Positions 1-11,900 of a stretch of 64,000 nt of DNA are shown here, one piece after another. This DNA comes from Phoronis australis (taxonomy: Eukaryota; Animalia; Phoronida): positions 40,195 through 104,194 of the forward strand of contig NMRA01000202.1 of NCBI GenBank assembly GCA_002633005.1, written 5' to 3'. The notes beneath the pieces were generated by a model that was given only the letters and a program-made list of their open reading frames with translations, ran no database searches and had not been told where the DNA came from. The first letter of the stretch is position 1. Each line of letters begins with the position of its first letter. Made by a program: the position numbers and the translations under genes.

Positions 1-76
1 GTCGCGTTAACCTGTGAGGAAAGTGCGAAATGACGCTAGCGACGTCAGTGGTTCATATGCAAGAATGAATGCCGCT

Positions 77-265
77 ATGTTGCGGTGTATCGTTCCTGCT
101 TGTCCGAACTAAGCAGGTGCGAGGAAAGCGAGTATATCGGTTTTTTTTTACTTCCTCGAGAGTCCGAAATGCTTGGGAAGTGGCTCATGGTAGTGAAGAA
201 TGAAATGTATGCTGTAAACAGCAAGTATGAGGCCGTGAAACATCTCCGTGTCTGTGGCCTGCAGA
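77..265 (+). pseudogene. Degenerate THAP zinc-finger domain, probably a transposase remnant
   Basis: ATG at 77 reads MLRCIVPACPN*. After a frameshift the 85..351 frame reads FFLLPRESEMLGKWLMVVKNEMYAVNSKYEAVKHLRVCGLQ, which aligns with the THAP domain at 17363 (TWLVRVKNAALPVHATYKAVENYRVCGKHF). Confidence 0.7.
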
Positions 266-1544
266 CGACGTCGACAGTGCCCGACGAATGCCGGCTTACC
301 CAATACCTCCATATGTTCCGTTGTCTGAGATTGTTCACAGCGCCTCTCTAGTATTTCTTCATCACTGTATTCCTGTTCGAATTGATAGCCTGTAAAACTT
401 AACGATCCACCTGCGAAGTCGGGACTGATGAGCTCTAGCTCGTCCTAAGTCGGGATTGCGAGTTGCCATGTTGGCGTTTATTGCTGAGCGTTCTGTTTCA
501 AAATGAATTTTTCTCACCCTAACCAATACTTATATAAAACCGAAAAAAAGTCTGTCTCATTAGATGCAATTTGTAATGCCTTTGGAGTGTTCGTGAGTGC
601 AAATGATTTGAGAAGCCAGCAATGAATAAATCACTGCGTTACCGGCTTTAGGTGCAATAAAACTAATTTGACCGGACACCGAGGCCGTGTGAGCTCATGC
701 TAATTTCGTGTTTGCTGGCAGAAACTGTTGTGAAACAACTCGATTTCCATCCCATGACCAGGTGTTAGGGGAATCTTTATTTACATTTACATTACTCAAA
801 TAATGATTGTCAATGTACAATTTCTGTCCTGACGGTGCTGTGTCCAAAGCGGAACCTCAGAATTCGCAGCCACCGACGAGTAAGCAGATTTGCAGTTTCG
901 TGGCTAATTCACCAACATAACCAGGTGCACATTACTTTGGCTCACTAGTATAGTATTTTCTTGGCTGGAAGTTTAGTTTCCACTGAACTTTGGCTGGATT
1001 ATGTTCGTGATGTCTGATCAGTTTCCGAGCCACTGGCGGGGATAACGAGTCAATTCGGCTGGCCGCGACCGGCCTGATCGGGCTCCGAGCCACTGGCCAG
1101 GCTAACTAGCGTTTTGTGTTTAGAACTCAAAAAGTCGCAAGTCTAAACAACACAGATCTAGGTTCTCCTGTCTGTATCTCACGGAAAATACTTCGAAATT
1201 ATCTCCGAACAGACCCCAAACTCCTGCTACGGACCCGAGTTATTGGCCTGCCAAACTTTGTAGGCTACAGTGTGTCCAAATACCAGTAAATCCGTAAGAG
1301 CGAAATAACGCATTTTTATAACAACCTGTGTATTTTTAAGGGTTTTACATCGAAGTTTGATGATTTGTTGGTGTTAAACGATGACTCCAAGCGATAAGCT
1401 GACACCAGTAACCCGTGTTGTGAACTGCTGAACAGAATGCGTGTGAAACCGATGACGTAACTGGATAATTTCAACACCTCCGTCTGCGTCAGGTAACGCA
1501 ACCGAACGTGTCGTTATGGAGTGCAACTACTCAATCTAAATTGA

Positions 1545-2060
1545 TGCATGGATATTCCAATGGCAGAATGCATCATGCATAAAAGAAAACAGTGTTGAGT
1601 AAAGGAGTTCATCAATTTAATGGAGTTGTGTGAAGTGTGACACTTGAATGAGTCTGTAGAGTGTCATTAATAAACATAAGTAAAGCAAAGAATTCATGAT
1701 TCGTGCAACAAAACAAAATTAATGAATGGTATAATATCGGACGAATTAATAAACCCCCAAAAATATACCAAATCAATGTCAAAACGAATCCGTAAAATAA
1801 ATCTAGCCATTTAGTGCAAGCAAAATGCACAAGTAAACGAATCTACTGAATTTGAAAATCAGTGGATAATCAAAGTGCGGCTAGAATATGTTTCAAAGAA
1901 TTTATCTACAAAAAATTGTGATAAATAAACAGACGTGTTATGATTTGCTTAAAAGCGAAAAAAGGAAAGTAGGGATGGTGAATGAGTAGGGTACAAGCAA
2001 TTGAATAGGTGGCTGATTGTAACTTCAGCCCAAGGAATCATTATGATCAAACATGAATAT
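1545..2060 (-). repeat. Inverted copy of AT-rich dispersed repeat segments also present at ~6100-6215 and ~7790-7905
   Basis: The reverse complement of 1550-1670 matches 6110-6214 (atgacactctac.gactcattcaa...atgcatgatgcattc.gccatt). 1945-2060 matches the reverse complement of 7790-7905 (agggatggtgaatgag...gatcaaacatg). Confidence 0.75.
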
Positions 2061-2109
2061 CATGAAGTTGTAATCTGTTATTGATAAAGAAGAATGACAA
2101 GTGACTGAA

Positions 2110-4754
2110 GCTCCTTTTAATCGACCAATCAGAGACCTCCATTCAACCGACCAATCAGAGGCCTCCATTCAATTGACCAATCAGGGGCCTCCTTTCAATC
2201 GACCAATCAGGGGCCTCGATTAAACCGGCCAATCAGAGGCCTTCATTCAATCGACCAATCAGGGGCCTCTATAAAACCGACCAATCAGAGGCCTCCTTTC
2301 AATCGACCAATCAGAGGCCTCGATTAAACCGGCCAATCAGAGGCCTCCATTCAATTGACCAATCAGGGGCCTCTATAAAACCGACCAATCAGAGGCCTCC
2401 TTTCAATCGACCAATCAGAGGCCTCGATTAAACCGGCCAATCAGAGGCCTCCATTCAATTGACCAATCAGGGGCCTCCTTTCAATCGACCAATCAGGGGC
2501 CTCGATTAAACCGGCCAATCAGAGGCCTTCATTCAATCGACCAATCAGGGGCCTCTATAAAACCGACCAATCAGAGGCCTCCTTTCAATCGACCAATCAG
2601 AGGCCTCGATTAAACCGGCCAATCAGAGGCCTCCATTCAATTGACCAATCAGGGGCCTCCTTTCAATCGACCAATCAGGGGCCTCGATTAAACCGGCCAA
2701 TCAGAGGCCTTCATTCAATCGACCAATCAGGGGCCTCTATAAAACCGACCAATCAGAGGCCTCCTTTCAATCGACCAATCAGAGGCCTCGATTAAACCGG
2801 CCAATCAGAGGCCTCCATTCAATTGACCAATCAGGGGCCTCCTTTCAATCGACCAATCAGGGGCCTCGATTAAACCGGCCAATCAGAGGCCTTCATTCAA
2901 TCGACCAATCAGGGGCCTCTATAAAACCGACCAATCAGAGGCCTCCTTTCAATCGACCAATCAGAGGCCTCGATTAAACCGGCCAATCAGAGGCCTCCAT
3001 TCAATTGACCAATCAGGGGCCTCCTTTCAATCGACCAATCAGGGGCCTCGATTAAACCGGCCAATCAGAGGCCTTCATTCAATCGACCAATCAGGGGCCT
3101 CTATAAAACCGACCAATCAGAGGCCTCCTTTCAATCGACCAATCAGAGGCCTCGATTAAACCGGCCAATCAGAGGCCTCCATTCAATTGACCAATCAGGG
3201 GCCTCCTTTCAATCGACCAATCAGGGGCCTCGATTAAACCGGCCAATCAGAGGCCTTCATTCAATCGACCAATCAGGGGCCTCTATAAAACCGACCAATC
3301 AGAGGCCTCCTTTCAATCGACCAATCAGAGGCCTCGATTAAACCGGCCAATCAGAGGCCTCCATTCAATTGACCAATCAGGGGCCTCCTTTCAATCGACC
3401 AATCAGGGGCCTCGATTAAACCGGCCAATCAGAGGCCTTCATTCAATCGACCAATCAGGGGCCTCTATAAAACCGACCAATCAGAGGCCTCCTTTCAATC
3501 GACCAATCAGAGGCCTCGATTAAACCGGCCAATCAGAGGCCTCCATTCAATTGACCAATCAGGGGCCTCCTTTCAATCGACCAATCAGGGGCCTCGATTA
3601 AACCGGCCAATCAGAGGCCTTCATTCAATCGACCAATCAGGGGCCTCTATAAAACCGACCAATCAGAGGCCTCCTTTCAATCGACCAATCAGAGGCCTCG
3701 ATTAAACCGGCCAATCAGAGGCCTCCATTCAATTGACCAATCAGGGGCCTCCTTTCAATCGACCAATCAGGGGCCTCGATTAAACCGGCCAATCAGAGGC
3801 CTTCATTCAATCGACCAATCAGGGGCCTCTATAAAACCGACCAATCAGAGGCCTCCTTTCAATCGACCAATCAGAGGCCTCGATTAAACCGGCCAATCAG
3901 AGGCCTCCATTCAATTGACCAATCAGGGGCCTCCTTTCAATCGACCAATCAGGGGCCTCGATTAAACCGGCCAATCAGAGGCCTTCATTCAATCGACCAA
4001 TCAGGGGCCTCTATAAAACCGACCAATCAGAGGCCTCCTTTCAATCGACCAATCAGAGGCCTCGATTAAACCGGCCAATCAGAGGCCTCCATTCAATTGA
4101 CCAATCAGGGGCCTCCTTTCAATCGACCAATCAGGGGCCTCGATTAAACCGGCCAATCAGAGGCCTTCATTCAATCGACCAATCAGGGGCCTCTATAAAA
4201 CCGACCAATCAGAGGCCTCCTTTCAATCGACCAATCAGAGGCCTCGATTAAACCGGCCAATCAGAGGCCTCCATTCAATTGACCAATCAGGGGCCTCCTT
4301 TCAATCGACCAATCAGGGGCCTCGATTAAACCGGCCAATCAGAGGCCTTCATTCAATCGACCAATCAGGGGCCTCTATAAAACCGACCAATCAGAGGCCT
4401 CCTTTCAATCGACCAATCAGAGGCCTCGATTAAACCGGCCAATCAGAGGCCTCCATTCAATTGACCAATCAGGGGCCTCCTTTCAATCGACCAATCAGGG
4501 GCCTCGATTAAACCGGCCAATCAGAGGCCTTCATTCAATCGACCAATCAGGGGCCTCTATAAAACCGACCAATCAGAGGCCTCCTTTCAATCGACCAATC
4601 AGAGGCCTCGATTAAACCGGCCAATCAGAGGCCTCCATTCAATTGACCAATCAGGGGCCTCCTTTCAATCGACCAATCAGGGGCCTCGATTAAACCGGCC
4701 AATCAGAGGCCTTCATTCAATCGACCAATCAGGGGCCTCTATAAAACCGACCAA
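2110..4754 (+). repeat. Satellite of 26-bp monomers (GRCCAATCAGRGGCCTYNNNNNAAYY) in a 7-mer, 182-bp higher-order repeat
   Basis: About 100 monomers. The identical 182-bp period is visible at 2401, 2583, 2765, 2947 and 3129. One shortened HOR lies near 2331-2380. The array is cut by the N at 4755. Confidence 0.97.
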
Positions 4755-4755
4755 N

Positions 4756-6177
4756 TATAGACCTCGTTGGTGAAATGAAAACTGACTTAGACCAGGGCCC
4801 GGTCTCTAATCTTTGTACTCGAAACGAACTCTAAACTATTTTTGGCAATTTCTCTGCTCCTTTTGTGCGAACTTAAGATAATTGATTATCAGTTAAACCA
4901 CCTTTATGAAATGCAGATTATCTTTAAACCTGGTCTAAGTCCAGTTTAAACCAGGTTTAACTTTAAACCACCTTTATGAATTCGGCCGTAATTGTCAGTG
5001 ACAACAATGAATTCCATTGTGGTACAATTGGTGATAAAATGAACTATCACTTGATGCAGCATAAAATGACTGTAAACCCAATAACATATTATGGATTCAT
5101 TCATTAGTCAATTTCCAAGAGTTCATGAATTTTAATGTTTTATAGGTCTTTATTTCTTTATTCATTTCATGACACTCTACGGACTCATTCAATTGCCACA
5201 TTTCATGGGGCTCCAGTAATTTGATGAACTGTTCTTCCAAAACCTGGTCTAATTTTAGACCCGACTTGCATTTCACCAACATGGTTTAAGAATCTGAAAG
5301 CCTGGTTTTGCTAGACCAGGGAGCTGGTTCAGTAAAAGCAGGTTTAAAGTATCAAAGGCACCCCACTGTGTCGAGCTGGGTAAACCCAACAACGAAACTA
5401 TTGAAGTGCTTCAATGAAACCTTGATCACGTGGGTATACAATGGCATGCACTAGTAGAATCAGTGCAGACATTTACGAAAAACATCTGGATCCGCCCCTG
5501 CTACCTTTGATCTAGTGTCATAGTAAAACTGAATGTTGAAAATAGTCCATTTTCACTCTAAAACTGCGTCGCAAATGCACTCCGCGGCATCATTCAGTTG
5601 TACCTATACCATGCAAGTCTGACATATTTAACAGTTAAACCTGGGTCTGACCAAGTCTAAAGTTAAACATGGTTTAAGATCTTAATACAGGTCTAAAGAA
5701 TATAGACCTCGTTGGTGAAATGAAAACTGACTTAGACCAGGGCCCGGTCTCTAATCTTTGTACTCGAAACGAACTCTAAACTATTTTTGGCAATTTCTCT
5801 GCTCCTTTTGTGCGAACTTAAGATAATTGATTATCAGTTAAACCACCTTTATGAAATGCAGATTATCTTTAAACCTGGTCTAAGTCCAGTTTAAACCAGG
5901 TTTAACTTTAAACCACCTTTATGAAATCGGCCGTAATTGTCAGTGACAACAATGAATTCCATTGTGGTACAATTGGTGATAAATGAACTATCACTTGATG
6001 CAGCATAAAATGACTGTAAACCCAATAACATATTATGGATTCATTAATTAGTCAATTTCCAAGAGTTCATGAATTTTAATGTTTTATAGGTCTTTATTTC
6101 TTTATTCATTTCATGACACTCTACGGACTCATTCAATTGCCACATTTCATGGGGCTCCAGTAATTTGATGAACTGTT
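4756..6177 (+). repeat. Direct duplication of ~478 bp (4756-5233 and 5701-6177)
   Basis: Near-identical copies from tatagacctcgttggtgaaatg to ttgatgaactgtt, offset by 945 bp. Confidence 0.9.
5234..5933. mobile_element. Possible PIF/Harbinger-type non-autonomous element (right end)
   Basis: Ends in AAACCACCTTTATGAAATCGGCCG followed by TAA. Contains internal inverted motifs catttcaccaac/gttggtgaaatg and acctggtctaag/cttagaccagg. No left TIR was found. Confidence 0.4.
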
Positions 6178-8919
6178 TTCTTCAATGCATGATGCATTCA
6201 GCCATTCAAATATCGGTACATTCTTTGGAGGTGTTAAGACCATTTTGGTAACCAATGGTGTACACAAATCAAGTCGCCCCTTTGTGTTGGCCAGGCAAAA
6301 TGATCCCTTAACTGCACTTTAACTTAAAAGTTAGTCTGTTTGTGAGATGTTAATATTCAGCCTGTTATTCAATTGCTTCCCTCCTTTTCAATCACCAAAC
6401 CTTCCTTACATTTCACACATTCTAAACAAACCACATCTTCATGTCTTAACCACGTTTTCGCTTTGTACCTTGTAACAATTACTACGTTCACATTTTGTAA
6501 CGTTCAATAATTCAATGGGGTCATTCAACTCAATTTACACATGATCTAACAGCCTTTTGTACTGATGAGCTTTCTTGAACATGCGTGGAATGTTTTAAGC
6601 ATTTTATAGGTTTACTTTGGCCTTTTGCTTCCTCGCACTCTTCAGAATTACTTATTTTTACGGGGTCTGTCATGGTACACCATATATTTTAGGGGCTTAT
6701 TAATTTGTCAGATATGAAACATTGTACCATTAATTTGTTCTGTTGCATGAATCTTTTTAGGAATCTAAAACTAAAATGCATTTGCTTTTCACAAAAGCAA
6801 AAATCGTTCACCTTTTAATCTTCTATTTCACGGCTCCAGACATAATGTTTTTGGCATCCAATTACATCTTTAAAAAGATTCTTTTGATAGCTGTATTTAC
6901 TTGAAGATTCATTAAATCATTGAATTTCAGTTTCATTCACTTGTACTTCAAAACTATTTATTCGATGCATTTCATGGCAGTACTAACCACATTTTTTCTT
7001 TATCCATGACAGATCATGAATTTGTCAATTTTTGAGAGTTCATTTATTTTTAGTAATTTACTGGTTTTTATTTTGAGGTTCCTTTAATAACGCAATACAG
7101 ACTCATTCAAATGTCCCATTTCACACGACTTTATCAATTAATTCAATGCACTCAATTGTTCAGTTCATGATGCATTACTTAACTCTGCTTTCATTAAATT
7201 CTTTGGGGGTTTTAAAATACCTCTGATAAGGGATGGTGTACATAAATGAAGTCATCCATTTCGTTGTTCCATCATGTCATTCAGTTGTCCCATTTCACAT
7301 GACTCCAATAATTCATTCCACTCATTTTTTTCAATTCATCAAGCATTACTGACTCCATTCAAATTTCACTATACTCTTTGGGAGTATAAAGATCACTTTG
7401 ATATATAGTGGTGTGCACAAATCAAGTCACCCATTTTGTTGTTCCACCATGTTCTACAATGATGGTTGGCGCAATTTAACAAAGAAAAACAAGTTGCTTT
7501 CCTCAGAAATTGGAAACACATTGTTAATTGTCAGTGAACCAATGAATGCTATAATTTTATTATTTGTGAAAAAGGAACCACCACTTGATGCAGCATAAAA
7601 TAACTGTAAATGCAATTAAATGCTAGCAGAACACTTCTCCCATCACTTTACAAGCGAATATGTAGCTTTGAAAAAGAAAAAAATGCTGCATTGCCCATAA
7701 GCCTCAGGATGGTGAATGAACTATAGTTTTAGCCAGAACTGGGTTCGTCAGTTACCTTTAAGAATACAGTTGTGAAAAAGGCTATAGTTTTGATAGCCAT
7801 GTTTGATCAACATGTTCCCTTGGGATGAATTTAAAGTCAGTCAGATATTCAATTTGTTGTTCCCTGCTCATTCACCATCCCTACCTTCCTTTTTCACATG
7901 TTAAACAAATTTTCACATCTCTGCTTATTTAGTTTATTTAATACATTTTCGATTTCAATTTTCTAACTCTTTGTAGGTTCACTTTCTTTATAAAATATTC
8001 TAGCTGCATTAATTCATTCACTTTTCATGAATTTGTTCATTCTAGAAATTTCAGAATTCAATAATTCAATGCATTTAATGGGTTAAATTATCATACTTCA
8101 GGACTCCATTAATTTGAAGCCATATTTCTTCAATCTTCTACCCTTTAAATTTTCATATATTTTTGGGGGGTATTATAACTGTAAACTCTACTTTGCTCAC
8201 TAGACAATGACAATGATAGTTATTGATTACTGCTTATATATAATTATGTTCATTCAACTCATTTTAGAGATTCATGAATTCATGAAATTCAGTTTTGTTC
8301 ACTTGTTGCTCATTTTCTGTTTCTAGTTATATCATTAGATTCCCATGATAGTGCACTTTACAGATGGCTTAATGTATTGCTTTTGCGGATTTGTTTATTT
8401 TACGCAGCCCATAATCCTCATTATTCTCAACACTCATCCTAGACATACATCTCCTCTGATGTGTTCAGGTCTCATTTGTTATGTGTATGGTTGATTATAG
8501 GCATCTATGCAACCCCGGACAGAGTGCAGAAGGTTGCGATTCTCCACGGATGTTGGATGAGCCTTGATGGTTGGACAGCCGATCGATGGTTAGGCATCAA
8601 CATGGAAATAGTGAATTTTCAGATGCAAAAAGGCAATTCACCATGTTTGGGTATTCACCTCTGTGTAGATGGGCACTTACGTACAATGGATAGGATGCGT
8701 CAGTGCACAGCATCAGGTGCATGGTTGATGCTGATGATGCATGATCCTTCAAGTGACATTCCTCAATGCATGAACAGTTGATATGCAAATACTCAATGGA
8801 ACACATTGAGATGCAGACAATCAGTGTTCAGAGACAAGACAGCAATCCTCAAAGCATGCAGTTGTTGAAATGCTTTGGCCAACATTGATGAGCAAATATT
8901 TAGGAAGTGGATGACAGAG

Positions 8920-11900
8920 AATGATCATTAATGCCTGGATAATCTTCGATGTGAGGCCGTTCGATATGCAAACAATTGAAGACAGGCATCATTGCAGAGA
9001 CGATCCACTTTTGGAAACCAGATAACAAGCAATCCTTCATGCACTAACAGTTGAGATGTACTGATCAGCAGACATGATTGCCTTCAACCTCTTGCAAACC
9101 AACTGTGCATCGATGCTTAGGATCAACCTCATAGATATCGATCTTTCACAAACTCGGAACATCTACATATTGAGGACTGCCATGTACTTTCTACCTACAA
9201 AACATGCGTCCATTGTCGCTTGACCTCAACTGTACCCATAGCAACTATCCACCCACCTGGACTGTCATTATGTGTACAATATATCAGCTGGATGCATATG
9301 CACCATCTACCCACCTAGACAGTCAATATGCATACAACCAATGGCAGGCGTCAATGAACGTATGTTTAGAAGGTGGACAGTACATAGCTATCCTCAATGC
9401 ATGGATGTACTTAAACGAGTGATGATAGGTGTTGAAATGCATATCATTGTTGTGCAAACATCATACGACGATCCCAAAGCGTGGGCATTCCTCAAGGCAT
9501 GGACGGTCGATATTCCTCAATACATGGATCCAACAGCTGCAGGCAGTTGATGCTAATCCTCGATGCGTGGCCCTTCCATGATAAAGAGTTGAACATGCGA
9601 ACAGTTGATGGGATCTTGAAAACACCCATCTTTGAACCATCATTATATGGACAGTAGACTGTGATTCTACACGCATGGACGTCCCTCGATGTGCCAGTGG
9701 TCTGTATGCAAATAGTAAATGGCAAAGACCAATGAGTGAAAACGCAGATTATGGATGGAAGACACAGATCCTGAGATGCATGGAAGTTTCTCCATAATTG
9801 TATTCCATAATTTGTTACCAACTGAACTTATACACTGGAGTCAGTGGAAATCTCAGTTGCTGATTGAGTGCTGTGTTGACAATGTCGATTGCTAGCTCAA
9901 AATTACCACGAGTCTTTGAGTCACCAGAAAATGGGTTTCCAGACAACTTCTGCATCAGGTGCACGCAAATACGTCGGGTGTGTGCTCCTCAGTTCATGGT
10001 TTGATTTTTGCAATGTTCTTGCCTAGTGATTTTGGATACCACATCTTGGGCACGTGGCGATGTATACGAGGGTGAGACTGATCGCTGCAACTAGTCATGA
10101 ATTGAGCAACTTATTTGAGAAGACATTTGGCAGTACATGCTTTATGTGTAGTTTTGTCCACGGCTAAGTCAGTAGATTACTCAGTTTCAGTCAGTTTCAT
10201 TTTTTCTGCTTCTGAACTGCTGAAAATGGTTGTGCAAATGATATGATCGGCATATAGACTCGTCCTTTTCATCTGGGTTTGCATATCCACTCAACATTTA
10301 ATTACATTATCATCGACATTTCAAGTCTGATTTGTGGAGGCACAGCTCCACAGACAGTCAATGGGGGGATTTCTGAGACTTGGTTTGTGGATACTAGATG
10401 TTTCAAGAGCTGATTATCATACATATATGTCATCCAATTTTTGTAACAACTGACTGATCTCATGTTACCCAAGATTTTTGGGACAGCTGTTTAATATATG
10501 GAGTGCTGTATCTCAGCGCCCCTCAACGGATCTTTCAGAAAATAATTAATATGACATTAATTTTGTCAAGCACTGCGTATTCCGTTGCTCAGTTAAATTT
10601 GCTGTTATCCTTAGGTGCTACAGGTACCATTTTTTATAAAGTCGACATACAACTTGTTAATAGCTCTAGCTAAATTGTTTTCGGTTGGCACTGGACGTGA
10701 GATGACCTGTGATGGCCATTTTTCGATGTCACTTTGCCGAGTTCTGTTCTGCAGCAATATTGGTATGATACTCATGCTGCAGATCACATTTTTCACCAAG
10801 ACCATAATAAACTTCACACTCAAGGTTTCTGTAATAGCTCAAGGCTGTTTTATTGTTGCATGATGGCGCCAGAGCATCCATTTCTCAGTTTGCTGCTTTG
10901 CGGAACCATGGGCATTTTTTGAAATTTGAGGTGTGGCTGGATAACATCAACTGCTATCTGCAGTTCTACAGTCACTTTTTGTTATTGAGTTATTCGAGAT
11001 TTTCCACGGAGTCCTCATTTGATTGATTTCCTGCGCTGTATTTCCTGCTTTCCTTCGATACCAGTTACCTAAATTTGACAGGTGGACAATAGATCTCAAG
11101 TACCATTTGCCATACGCATAACTTTTCTCTCATCAAGTTACTTTTCTCCTCTACTCCAGAATATAGCTGGCTAGATGACGGCTCTTTATTAAATAATTCC
11201 TCACTGCACATTTTCTTGTCTATCATAGTCGTGCTGCAGGACTTGTTTTACTCAGTAATTCGTTCTTGCATTTGACGTGTCATTAGTTTGGCACATTTTT
11301 CTGATGTTAGTTGGTTTTTACCAACATACAGGTATCTTTATGCATCGCTAACCACACTATTGTAGTGTTCATTACATAACATTTTGCCGTTTTACTTTGG
11401 CAGGTTCATTGACAAGTCATATACCAGTATTTCAATAATTGATAACTTTTTACAGAATTTCTAGTTCATCACACCCATCTTCACCGTTACATGGCTGTTT
11501 TAGCAGTTACTCAATTCACTTATCCATTCTTCTTTACTTTTTGCCAGTCATTTTACACACTGCAAATTCTTCAGTGACCATATGGTTTTATTTTTCTCAT
11601 TTCATTGGTTCATCTCGTTCCTGCACTTTACGTTATGTATTACATGTTCATAAACCAGATGCTTTTAGAGAACTGTCATCAGCCAACTTTGTTTCGTTTC
11701 ATCTCCTCGAATTCCCTTGTGGCNAATGATCATTAATGCCTGGATAATCTTCGATGTGAGGCCGTTCGATATGCAAACAATTGAAGACAGGCATCATTGC
11801 GCAGAGGACCCACTTTTGGAAACCAGATAACAAACGATCCTTCATGCACAAACAGTTGAGATGTACTGATCAGCAGACATGATCGCCTTCAACCTCTTGC

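Noticed and set aside
2110-4754. CRISPR-like look of the constant CCAATCAG core with variable tails
   Set aside because: The variable parts recur with a strict 7-mer period rather than being unique spacers; the context is eukaryotic and there are no cas genes.
9826-11068. Possible large minus-strand coding exon
   Set aside because: Stops interrupt the frames I read and there is no recognisable family; at most a decayed or non-coding exon.
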